Assembly (NCBI GenBank): GCA_002633005.1
Contig: NMRA01001243.1
Coordinates: 1 to 35,970 of the forward strand
DNA from: Phoronis australis
Lineage: Eukaryota; Animalia; Phoronida
Length of the DNA stretch: 35,970 nucleotides
Reading direction: 5' to 3'
Below the pieces are notes generated by a model. The model saw nothing but the letters and a program-made list of their open reading frames with translations. It was not told the origin of the DNA and searched no databases. Below are positions 23,969 through 35,019 of this stretch, piece by piece; within the stretch, counting starts at the first letter, position 1, and each line of letters starts with the position of its first letter. The translations under genes and the position numbers were made by a program.

Positions 23969-26032
23969 TCAGTTTGGCAGATACTTGTAAATCTTTATGT
24001 AACCAGATTTCTCAAGCACAGCAACCTCTCCTGGGCCGAAAATTGTTATCCCTGATGGTTTGTTGACTTCTCCAGACTGGATCGGGAAAGCCACTTTTCC
24101 TGTTAGATTAGAAACCAGCGCAACTCTACCAGTATTTTGGATGGGATCCTTTGGGAATGAAAATTCTTTTTTTGCTACCTTCGTACATTTACCAAACGAA
24201 AATCCAGAACTCTGGCTTCCAAACGTAGATGCAGATGTTGAAGGTACAACTTTACGGTCAGAACAACTGTCAGTCAAAAGAATATTTCCCCAGCGGTCGA
24301 CACATATGCCTGTAGGAGTATCTACTGCGTTACCGTACACGTAAGTGTGGTCAACTTTGGGAATTTTGTGATTGATGGCCTGTATTTTGCCGTAGCCTTC
24401 GTCAATTACGAGCAGCTGGTTAGATCCATTGAAGCAAAGCTTGTGAGGCCGAAATGTGTCCAGTCCTAATGCTGTTTTGTCAATTACGTGTTTGGTGTTA
24501 CACTCAAGGTCCAGAAGTAGAATGCGACCTTGCGTCAAATCTGAGACACCAATCAGATTGTTGTTACACGCAATATGTCCTTGACCTTCATAAATTTCTT
24601 CTGCGACCTTGAGCGCACGACCTTGCATATCATACTTCACCACGCTGCACATGTTGTCGTCGGTTATAAAGATTGCTTTGTCGTTGCATGTAACATCTGA
24701 AAGATTTTCGATAGTATGCCTTTCCTGCTCCTGTTCTAACTGTAACACAAAACGGCAAGTAAGCTTATCAAAGACCTTTACACTGTTGTAACTATCCGCT
24801 AGAACCAACCATTTGTCGTTCGTCGAAAGAGACAAGCAGTTCCACTGGTGCTCCGTTTGGCGTTGAGAACCAAAGTAACACAACCTAACAGCACTGGCGA
24901 GTGGAACTGTCAAAGCCATTTCTGTGTACGTGGTCTCCAGCTTTTGGGTCTGAAATGCAGTGAGTGGAGCTACACTTAAGTCAGGATTCAATTCCAGCGG
25001 GTGAAAAGAGAATATCGGCTTCTCAAAAGACGTTGCCACGTCTAAAGCCTTCAATTCCTGAAGACGATTCTTAATCATTGAAAATTGGTTCAAAATTTGA
25101 ACGCTAAGTTCCGACTCGAGAACTTTTTCAACGTATTTTAAGGAACTCGAAATTTTTATGCGAATGTCGTCTGCTTTGGTGCGGGCTTCTTCGATGGGAA
25201 TGCGAGCCAAGTCTACTTCAGATTCCAATTTGTCTAAAGCAGCTTTTTCCTCCGTTTCTAAGTCAGCAAGAATCCTATTTTTGCCTCTACTGAAAATTTG
25301 TCGGACTTCAGAAATCGCCTCCCGTTCAAGAAAATCCAAACTATCTGCGACCTTATTTCGCTCTTCACACAACAGTTCTGAATGCTCCTCGGCATCTTTT
25401 AAAGGTTCCATCATACGCCTTAGATCATCGCACGCCTTCTTCGTAGCTTCGTCAAGACTCTTTATGTTATGGTTATTGTGATCGAGTGCCTTGCATAATA
25501 GGCACACAGCTTTTTGACAATTTTCGCAATACACTTTGATGGCTTCATCACGGTGTACGTCACATAGAGTTTTCTTGGACTTCCAGAACTCTTCGAAATG
25601 ACTTTCACTTCTCATTTCTTCCAATGTGACTACGTGATGACTTGCAGTGCTTCTCGTCACACCGTGGAACTTGGAACATTCTCCACACAGGTGGTCTTGG
25701 CATTGTAAGCATATTGAGACTGCTTGGTTCTGTGCGCCCTTTAGTTCACATATATCACATTGTACTTCTTTCTGGTCTTGCAGTAAGTTGCAAGTTTCAA
25801 AAAGAAAAGTATTTCGTGGAATGCCGGAGACACCTTCCTTAGATATTGTACATTCCGTAAAACACACGGAACACTGAAGTTTCTCGCTTTCTTCTTGCTC
25901 TGCCATGCTTTTAAGACATGTTTCACAAAAAGAGTGGAGACACGATAGAATTTTAGGGTCAGTCATTCTTTCGGAGCAGCCTGGACATGAAAGCATTTCG
26001 CCTAATTCTTCTTCCTTCTTCGAAAACGACAT
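23969..26032 (-). CDS. Tripartite-motif (RBCC) E3 ubiquitin ligase with a divergent NHL/beta-propeller C-terminus (TRIM2/3/56/71-like), 687 aa, single coding exon
   Basis: C3HC4 RING (CPGC...CLHSFCETC...CSVC), B-box1 (CDIC...CLQCQDHLCGEC..H), B-box2 (CDVH...YCENCQKAVCLLC...H..H), helical coiled coil, NHL-like blades (PHKLCFNGSNQLLVID, PTGICVDRWGNILLTD, PSGITIFGPGEVAVLE). The ORF is uninterrupted. Confidence 0.96.
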   Translation of the reverse strand: MSFSKKEEELGEMLSCPGCSERMTDPKILSCLHSFCETCLKSMAEQEESEKLQCSVCFTECTISKEGVSGIPRNTFLFETCNLLQDQKEVQCDICELKGAQNQAVSICLQCQDHLCGECSKFHGVTRSTASHHVVTLEEMRSESHFEEFWKSKKTLCDVHRDEAIKVYCENCQKAVCLLCKALDHNNHNIKSLDEATKKACDDLRRMMEPLKDAEEHSELLCEERNKVADSLDFLEREAISEVRQIFSRGKNRILADLETEEKAALDKLESEVDLARIPIEEARTKADDIRIKISSSLKYVEKVLESELSVQILNQFSMIKNRLQELKALDVATSFEKPIFSFHPLELNPDLSVAPLTAFQTQKLETTYTEMALTVPLASAVRLCYFGSQRQTEHQWNCLSLSTNDKWLVLADSYNSVKVFDKLTCRFVLQLEQEQERHTIENLSDVTCNDKAIFITDDNMCSVVKYDMQGRALKVAEEIYEGQGHIACNNNLIGVSDLTQGRILLLDLECNTKHVIDKTALGLDTFRPHKLCFNGSNQLLVIDEGYGKIQAINHKIPKVDHTYVYGNAVDTPTGICVDRWGNILLTDSCSDRKVVPSTSASTFGSQSSGFSFGKCTKVAKKEFSFPKDPIQNTGRVALVSNLTGKVAFPIQSGEVNKPSGITIFGPGEVAVLEKSGYIKIYKYLPN

Positions 26033-26038
26033 CTTTTT

Positions 26039-29000
26039 CTGAAAATAGAGAACAAATTATAATCCTTCCGTGACAAGTGTATGAAGACTTCACAATTTAT
26101 ACCCAAGCCCAACAAACATTGGATTACATTCAGTCAGTAATTCACTGATGAAAATGGATTTACGGTTTCATCCATTTAGCACATCCAATAGCTTTAATAA
26201 CGTGCGTCCAAAGTTATTGATGTCGCGTGAGTGCGGTAATGGCTGTCCGAGTTAAAAATTGATAGGCAGCTGGTGCCATAAACAGCGGTAAACCATTAGC
26301 AATGAACATAATGCTCAGGGATGGCAAGACGAAAAACACATACAAATCACAAAGCTAGGCAAACACGAATTTATGGCACAACAATGACGGTATTTTCGTT
26401 AAAAACGACGAACTTTACACGGTCAGTATATACTGGTGAAAACAGTGCTATTCGATCAAGGCTATTAAAGTTATAATTGCTGGCGGTCTAGTACACGTTG
26501 TACCTAACTTGCGCTGGCTGTTCAGGTGAGCCCGTTGCACAGATCACCTGGTACAATTTTTATGCTTTTTGTCAATTTATAGCTAAAACCGAGTTGAGGA
26601 GCTAGAGACCTGACTCAAGAGACTAGCAGTGGGCCCCAGTGAGACTGGAAGTCTCGACCTTCTGTTAAGGAAGCTGACACTAATCCACAAGCCTCCACTG
26701 CGTCCTCGACTTAGAAATTCCAGCATTACACATCAGTCTACTATTCTTACTTTGAAAAAATATGGAGAAAACCTATTTAGTTTATCGAAGCAGTTCACGT
26801 TTCCCCTGTCTTGAATATTCCTTTTGTCATAAAATAATAGTTACATGTAGTCAAAGCACCTTTATATAGGTGTACGTAGCGATCCGAAGAAACATCTATG
26901 TAATTCTACGTCAACTGCCTTCTTAAAATTCATTTCAACCAAATGACAACAATTAAGTAGATATCTTCCTACAATTAATTTGATCTTAAACATCGATATA
27001 ATGGTCATTCACTTTTCATAATGTGTTTTGCAAATGCTATTCCTACAGCTTATGATCTGCTCTTTTCTAGGAAAAAAGACATTTCATCTTAAAAACGCGG
27101 CTAGAAACCCGTCATCAGTCACGAAAATCAATGTTTGCGTTCGGCGACTTACTGATATGAAGTTGTTTCGTACGTACTGAGTGGGTCACATTGGAAGTGA
27201 TTTCTGAGCGTTTAGAGTTGTCCAATCCCAGTAAGGCTGAATCGCTTTCGAGTTGGTGACGGTTTCGATGGTAACGTTAATAGGATCCCATCGCGGTTAG
27301 GTATGCATGTAGTCCTATTGACACCATTTAATGAAAGTAAAATGCCTAATTCGTATTTAGCTACCTGAACAGAGCGAAACTTAACTTTCTGATGAACGCA
27401 ACTGTAGGACTAAGATCTGTTCTTTTCTTGTGCTTGATTCTTGGTAATGAGAGTACGTCAACGAGCCGTGTTTTTTGCTTTCGCAGGACATGTTCTGTGA
27501 GTACAGGGCGTTTTTGTAAGTCACTGAGCTTAGTTTACAAGTCCGCGAACCGTGTTCATGAATGCGTTCGGTTAGCTTGAAAAAAGTTCTTTTAAAACAT
27601 ATTGACCAGTCAGTGTCCCATTGCAGCTAACAATCGGTCCCTTTCTTCGAAAAATTGTAGAACTTAGTTCTATCCCAGGCAACACTCAAACCTCACGACA
27701 AATCATTTCAGTTTACACCAGTTTATCAGGATTGACCATATTGGGAATACCGATCCCGAGCATACTCATTTGATTTACACTCGCCTTTCACTCGTGAGAT
27801 CTTTCGAGGTCATGCGAATTAGTTCTCGATGTTTTCGCAAGAAACTAAGTGAACGGAACGTACTCCTTGTAACGTGAATTAATCACTGACACAGCAAGTG
27901 AATTTCTCATTCATTTCTAAAAAAACACCTGTAGTATGTTGGAGAAACTATTTGCCTTGGAAAACCCGGACCAGGGAACACTGGTTCTCATAATATTCAT
28001 CTACAGAGCTCTAATCATTGTTTTGGGCAATGCTCTTTCAATGACACTGCTATTTTTATAATAGACCTACAGCAAGGGAGCTAAAAATATCAATTGGTGT
28101 AAGTCCAGGTTGCCATTGTTATTTAGTCTGCTGTTATACTCCCGTGTAACTGACTGTGTCTGTGTAGCATTATTTGTTGATGGGCCTAGCAAGGTGGCCA
28201 CTGTTTTTGCTTCTTAAGATGGTGTTCTAAACACCGAAACATGTGAAGCCGATTTAAACCTTTCTTTACTCTTAGCAAAATATGCTGGTACTTGCTATTA
28301 TAGAAACTTTCTATTGTAGAGCAAAACTGCACAGGCCAAGTAACTACACCTAAATTACCCGTGTTCTTTGTAAAGTTAGCAATAGAAGTTTAAACACAGA
28401 ACTCTCTTATCAGATTCAATTCAGTTCAGGAAATTAACAGCAATTTAGCACAGAAAGATACATGTATTTTGTCATTCCATTTGTCTGAAATGCTTTTCTA
28501 GAATATATATATGCACAAAAGAAAACTTATGTAGTTACTCGTCCAGGATTTTTCTTCGAAAAACATCCCACTGACGTTAACAATGGGTCAACAAACATCT
28601 TAAATTTCAGCCAACGCGACAATTACATTCACTCCACATATGTAAGGAATTTTCTCATTCATTTTTTATAAATTCTTTTTGTAATGGAATAAAGTGTGAT
28701 AGAGAAAAACAAACACCATTACTGCGGACATCGATCGACCCTTTCTACGAAAAATGAATCCCAAGCTCAATGCAGGCGTCATATTACAAATACACTGAAC
28801 AAATCAGCAAAACGTTTTAAGGTTACGCAGAATCTTATCGTCAAGTCTGACTATGTATTTAGCCAAAACATATATAAATATAGATTTTAATTAAGTAAAA
28901 TTAGCTTTATAAAAAGTCTGTAGAATTTCGTTGTTTTACTTTTACCGTTCTCCATGATAGCAAGCGGCAGCATATGTTAACAAAAACAACAATGGATATA

Positions 29001-29853
29001 CCGTTCTGCCATTAATTGATAGCAAACACAACTATCCAACAGGATCAAATTGCGTTTGATATAAATGTTCAAGATAGAAAAACAAAAAGGATGTTACAGT
29101 TTCAGTAAGTTGATTTTTTCTTTCATTTCCTTCTCAAAGAATTTTTGAGTTTTTCAGGAAGATCATAAAAAGGTCCTATTGTTGATTGCCCCCCATCCAA
29201 ACTACCAATATACAAAAATCATAAAACGTTTTTCAAGACAATGCGTAAAGCATATGTAAATGAATGCGATCATCCATTTCTGACATACGGTGTTCCCATG
29301 TTTGGACAGTCTTCTATAGAGTCCTACATAACATAAAGTTGGCATTATATTGGCATTATATTCGTACATTCTATCTAATAAGTTTTAGTTTAGGCCACCT
29401 GCAGTTACAAAATTGGACACCTAAAAACGTGAATTCTAGGCTTGGAGAGAATTGGGAGTTCTTTCTGTCAAGCCCTAAATCACTTATAAACTGTGTACGG
29501 AACAATTTCATAACGGAAAGTGGCGGGTCAAATCAAAAGTTGTTATTGGACCGTAATGCCACTTTTAGTTGATGAAGCGTTCAAGTTTTGTAACTTTGCT
29601 ACAATACAATTGAACCCAAAGGAGGAAAGACAAATAATCGTTTCTGCTGTTCCCTTGAAAAATCACGGCCACACACCCGTAACTCGAAGGCACTGTAACA
29701 CTATGGCAAATTGTCTCAGGGCAGGCGAGCGTCTGGACTTTTTGACGTTCGGATTCAGCTCAAGTTTGTTCAGCCGTTGGTTTGAATTCGTTGTCAGTTC
29801 CGTGTTAGCCTCATGACAGTTCTTTACATGGTGTGGAAAAAATGCAAACTTAC
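26039..29853 (-). other. Putative 5'-UTR intron of the TRIM gene
   Basis: Acceptor tttgttctctattttcAG ends 6 nt before the ATG (AG at 26040-26039). Donor G|GTAAGT at 29853 is conserved in the duplicate. The pairing is inferred and additional UTR exons are possible. Confidence 0.6.
26480..26702 (-). mobile_element. tRNA-derived SINE, decayed copy
   Basis: Similar to 30550-30778 (aaaaccgag.tgaggagctaga.ac.tgactcaag...ctagcagtg). The A and B boxes are degenerate. Confidence 0.75.
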
Positions 29854-29940
29854 CGAGCAAACAGCAATTATTCACTTGACACTTCCACACTTGAAAGGTA
29901 CGTCTTGTTCATATACTTGTCGACATAGAAAAGACCAGAG
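29854..29940 (-). other. Putative non-coding first exon of the TRIM gene
   Basis: Lies between the conserved GTAAGT donor and the CRE/ETS promoter motifs. The TSS is not determinable. Confidence 0.5.
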
Positions 29941-30030
29941 CCGCTTCCGATAACGCTCGTGACGTCACGAGTACTGCCTGTACCGTAAAATCTCGCATAC
30001 CAGTATAAGCTCTGGGATAAGGAAGAAGAA
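29941..30030. promoter_or_regulatory. Putative TRIM promoter: ETS-like CTTCCG, 16-bp palindrome CTCGTGACGTCACGAG (full CRE) and a conserved block
   Basis: Palindrome at 29956-29971. The adjacent ~54-bp stretch is identical to the paralogous copy while flanks diverge. Confidence 0.6.
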
Positions 30031-30549
30031 ATGCTCTAGTCGAATGGCAATTATTTCGACTACAGTTGTTGTATGATTGCAGTAATTCGTGTTATGGGAA
30101 AGGAAGAAGTTGATCAGAAATGAATTGTGGCTTGAGAGACAAGACCCGCAACTCTTAAGAAAAAAATGTGTTAAGATAATTGTCTATTTTTGTGAATTTG
30201 TTTTCAAAATGCAATATTCACATATTTTAAAAATTGTACCTTTCACGAAATATGCGAGTTGTTTGGGACGACATAGATTGATTTCAATTACTGGGCAAAT
30301 AATTCCGGATGCTTTTCAAGTTTTTTTATTTTCCATGCTTTTGCAGACATGAATTTTCAATTTAGAAGTGCGTAGACAGATTCTCATAAAATTTTGCACA
30401 CGTATTTTGTGGTATGTGGCACTGAGAGAGAACCAGGGTCTTAGGCATGTGATTTCCTCACCGACAATGGGTTAATGAGCTTAAGACGTCTGATAATAGT
30501 TGTTTGAGTGTATATAAAAATTAGAGTCACGGTTCCCTGCACATCAGTT

Positions 30550-30778
30550 GTAGGCGGCCTAGCTGGCACGTGTTGTACCAGACGTGCGCAGGTCTCTCAG
30601 TTGGGCCCATTGCATTGATCACCTTGAACCATTTTTATGCTTTATTAATATATAGTTAAAACCGAGCTGAGGAGCTAGAAACTTGACTCAAGGGTCTAGC
30701 AGTGTACCCCAGTGGGACTCGAACCCACGAACTTGAGTATAGGAAGCGACACTTATACCTTACCAAGCCACACTGCCT
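30550..30778 (-). mobile_element. tRNA-derived SINE
   Basis: Minus strand has an A-box-like TGGCTTGGTAAGG (30770-30758) and B-box GGTTCGAGTCC (30725-30715), followed by a non-tRNA body shared with 26480-26702. Confidence 0.82.
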
Positions 30779-32811
30779 CCATCACCTTCGTTCATAAGAT
30801 TGAAAAGTATGGTGTTCATTAGGACCATGAGCGACATCCATAGCTTGTAACTAATCATGTCAAGTAAACAAAGCTCACTTTAACAGAAATATTTCATTGG
30901 CACCGATAAATAGAACAGAGATCGTGGAAATTTTCTCCCAACGCAATCACTCTTCCTCACCAACCAATCACTGTAGTGGCGGTCATTTTTTCCAGTCTAC
31001 GGCGCTAATAAGTCCCTAGTATCTGGCAAAAGACTCGTATTTCACTTTGTGCAGTATAATAGCTTTTATCACTAGAAACGTGCTCTGCCTAACGGGCTTC
31101 TTGGCTCGAGTGATAGGTAAGTGCCGTGTTTTTCAAAGCGTAGACATCACTTGTAATTCGAGGAAGGTGTAATTTGAAATGAATTTCATCTACCTGAAGG
31201 CGCCGAAGTCAAAAGTATTTTTGACGGAGTGTTGGATCATGCCAACTTTACGCTGTCATCGCAAAGTCAGTAAGTCATCATGTAGTGTGTACAAATATAA
31301 GAGAAAACGTAGTTAGGTGTTTAGAAACCCGTTTTGAGCCAATAGTGCATGTATTTGTTGAAATCTGTATTCAGTGATATGTATTTTTCAGAATAAGCAG
31401 AATTGTTCCGATTTAGTTCAGTGCATACAAAGCGCTCAAAATCACCAATGTCATATCACAAACAATAAAAAACAACTCCGCCCGTCGACCGGCTACCAAA
31501 TTAGAACACCCGCAAACAATACTTGACGAGAAGTTAATTAACTGATTTCGAGTTATGGGTATTTATTGGTCGATACATAATACGTAGAGTCGGGCCAACC
31601 GATCCCACTATTGCGTTTAGTGTGAAGATATTAATGCTCGTTTTCCCACGATTTATGGTATAATAAAGAGTGCCGAGGCGTTGCATTTGGGCTGGTTGTG
31701 ACAACAAACACGGTATTTGAGCACAGTGTCGCTCTCTTTACTTTCCCGAGAACATCAGAGATGAAGCAAAGATATGGCTCAAGATTGCACAAGAAACGTG
31801 CGTGTCAGTGGACATGATACACTGGCTCTAGTTATGTTCATACGTCACTATTATATCCATTGAGCAAGCAAACTTTTAATTCAGGTCCCACCGTCCCTTT
31901 TATTTTGCCTTTTTTGTGAGATATTGAATTCACGGTTATGATGAGGAGTGCTATAACGGGAAGGTTTGATGATGCTTGCAATATAGTCTCTTGTCAAAAC
32001 AAGGTCAAGGATTGTTTTAAGCACTTTAAAGTAAAAATTATGTGTTAATAGTAGACTCCTAGTCGTGAATATAAGCATATAAAAAGCAGCTGATTCTACT
32101 ACTACCCAATGTCCGTTAGCAATTGCTCATGTGATGTCATGGACATCGTGTATCAGCCTTCACAAATATATGTGTTTTTCCAGTCTTAACCCGTGTTTAT
32201 ATCCGTAAGCAGAGTTTTGAAGCGGTCGCTCATATCGCCGGCCATTTTGAATGAGGCCTAAAGTCGTGACCGTTTCGTTTAGACGGAAATACACGAAGTC
32301 AAGGCCACACAACTCAACCACAGTTTCAATTAAAATAAATTGTTATGTTTTGCACCCAACTCCGATGTGCACAGACGTTTTCAATGAGGATGTTTACGTA
32401 AAACGCTAGGAACCCAGCATCAATTATATCTCTGTATTTTATTTCTTTGGCTTTACAAAACTTGAGCGACCCTGGGACATTTTGATACATTCTTCAAGCT
32501 ACCCCTGGAGCGCCTGTTTGAGCAGATCTGGACGATGTATATTTTCGAAAATTATTCTGAAAATGCATGAAAAAGTGGATTTGTGAAATGTGTTGTTTTT
32601 TAAGATACATTTAAAAATGAAGCCACTCACTCACTGATTATTATGTGAATATCAACGCGTCCGGGTATACGTTTGACGTTCGTAAGCAGACGAACGCTGT
32701 AAACGTCACCGCTACATATCACGAGACCGCGCGGAAGACGAAATAAGATCATTAACGACTTTAGTTCACTCACGACTTTATGGCCTCCGACAGTATGTGG
32801 TGTGAATGACA

Positions 32812-35019
32812 CTTGTAAGCCACAATGGCGCTTTCACGCGCTTATACTTTTTCTGAATAAAATATGGTTGAAATAATTGCCTGGAATTTACCTGGCCTTC
32901 ATACCGCATTCACGAATGTCTGTTAAAAAATTGTCTCCCGCAGAGTACAATAAGTAGCAAGGTATGAAACTTACGTGTTTCCCAATTCAACACAGCATGT
33001 TTGCACAATGAAACATTGGCAAGGTCATAATACAATTCACTTATTCTAAGCAAATGTGGGGTTGTCGCCTATGAAAAATACACTGCTTTGTGAACATAGT
33101 GTGCATTTGAACAGGGAGCTGACCCAGATGTAGCTTTGGACGGGACATAAATTCCGCTTGGATGTGTCGAGCCCAGGGGCAACTCAGTGATACGGGATTT
33201 TCGGTCTGCACTGCGTCTCATTCACAGAGCATCGCCCTTAGGTGATTTTGTTCATCCGCCAAATTCGGTCGTTTTTAAGACGCACGTCATGTTCTATAAA
33301 CGGGAATATTTGTCATGTAAATCCAACATGGGCCAAATGTCTTATTGAAATACAGGAGTGTTGGGAAACCCCGGCGTTTTTAGGGTTTTTGTGTCAGTAC
33401 ATGGAGGTCATTTGAACGATTTTAGGTCTAGCATGACTGCGACATCCCGTTGCTCCCAACTTGTTTGATTCTGTAGCCCAACAATAAGTTGGGAAGTTTA
33501 GCCCCGTAGTCAATATCTTACACTACTGATTAACTCCATACTGGCATTTATGGTTGGAGGGCCTGTGCTCTTTTGTTCGATAATTGCTCTAATCTCCGAT
33601 CAGATCGTATCTAGCCTGACTGGGTTGGGCTGATAAAAATGAAAGTTAAGTTATAACATATTTGAGCTTAAACCAATAGCATTTCTGAATTCCTCGTCAA
33701 ATGCTGATCATGTTCCGTTTTTGAATCACCAAAATCGCCCAACTACAACAGGAGTTAAGACAATCTATTCTGTCCAAACGGATTATACCAACGCATTGGG
33801 TTTGACTGTGTTCATACGCGTTCGGTAATAGCGTGCAACCACCTTACTTCGTTTGAAGCCTGGGAGATGATTGGCCTGCTTGTTATCATACTGGACAAAA
33901 GACTGGGCTGGGCAGTTAACAAAAGAGCCACGTTCAGCTCCCCTGACGTCTGGAAAAGTTTCTGAACGACAGAACGCTGTAATCACTGGCAACAATAAGT
34001 CACTATCTTCAGGCTACAACTGCCCACTGTGAGCCCCTTTCCCACTTGTATCGCCCCGTGGAAATCAGTCTCACACAGGTGAGTGTCCGTGTGGCACTGG
34101 CCCCCAGACACCTGAACACCTACTGGAGAACTGTCCTACCTTCTTGGCCCAGTCCGGTGGAGCTTCAAGAAAACTTGTGGGATCCGCCGACAGCGTCAAC
34201 CCGACGAGCGGCAGCCTTCGCCCTGAAGACCGGCCTGAACATGAATCGAATGGCCAGGAACGCAAAAGAAGAAGATGATGAATAATTTTATGTCACTCTT
34301 ACATAAAAGAGTTTGTGCTCTAATTATCACCCGACAAATCAAAGAAAACTATTTCAAATTTTGTTGTAAGACATTTTCCAGGAAAGCTATTTTCTCTTTT
34401 ACTAATCCCCTGGCTGTATTGGGATTGAGATTACATTTACAAGCAGTTGCAGCACAGACTTAGCATAGCACACTGACCACCAACTGCGTACATTTTGAAT
34501 GGACAAAATCTGTTATCATGAGAAAAAAGCATGACCAACATTATTGACCGAGACTATGTCGGATTTGAGATTGCATGTACAAGGCGACATCAAAACTATT
34601 GGCCGCGGATTACAGTAGTTATTCGTTAGCGGCGCCTGGTGTTAGTTACGGTTTTAGTTCCGGCATAACTCGTATGCTCAATAAGCGGAAAGTGGCATCT
34701 ATTCCAGATATTCCGTGTAACAATATCAGAGTTGCGAATTTGTTGTCTATGAACTGTGGTTGCAGTGAAACCATATAACTGATATTTGGTGCACGTAAGA
34801 GAAAATGGGATAGACAGATAACTTTGTTTCGTCTTGAGAAATTTTACAAAAAGGAACACAGTTATATGCAGGTAGATTAAAAATTAAAATAACAATAAAT
34901 ATAAAAAGGATGATTTCTTGCACATACAAAAATTACAAGAGACAATTTCTATAGTATGTCGCCAAAATACCATCTAGATACAAAAACACGTAAAAACAAA
35001 AACACAGAAAGTAAATAAA
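32812..35019 (+). repeat. Duplication block C' (paralogous to 14100-15766) with an extra ~550-bp segment at 33432-33984
   Basis: Collinear similarity to block C. The sequence gtctag/accggcaacaataagtc of block C is split here by the extra segment. Confidence 0.9.
33985..34280 (+). mobile_element. 3' end of an I/Nimb/Ingi-like LINE (duplicate of 14705-15000)
   Basis: Remnant frames VTIFRL..AHC...GECPCGTGPQTPEHLLENCP and WPSPVELQENLW...RAAAFALKTGL. Tail aaagaagaagatgatg. Confidence 0.82.

Larger units (their letters stand above)
27681..30176 (+). repeat. Duplication blocks A'+B' (intron 1, exon 1 and promoter of the TRIM gene), without the MULE
   Basis: Matches 1-1586 and continues directly into sequence matching 7482-7748. 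Confidence 0.9.

Noticed and set aside
24060-25926. Several short ORFs overlapping the TRIM CDS
   Set aside because: Antisense or alternate-frame shadows of the real coding sequence.
30700-30778. tRNA gene
   Set aside because: It has A and B boxes but no convincing cloverleaf, and it continues into a body shared with a second decayed copy, so it is a SINE head.
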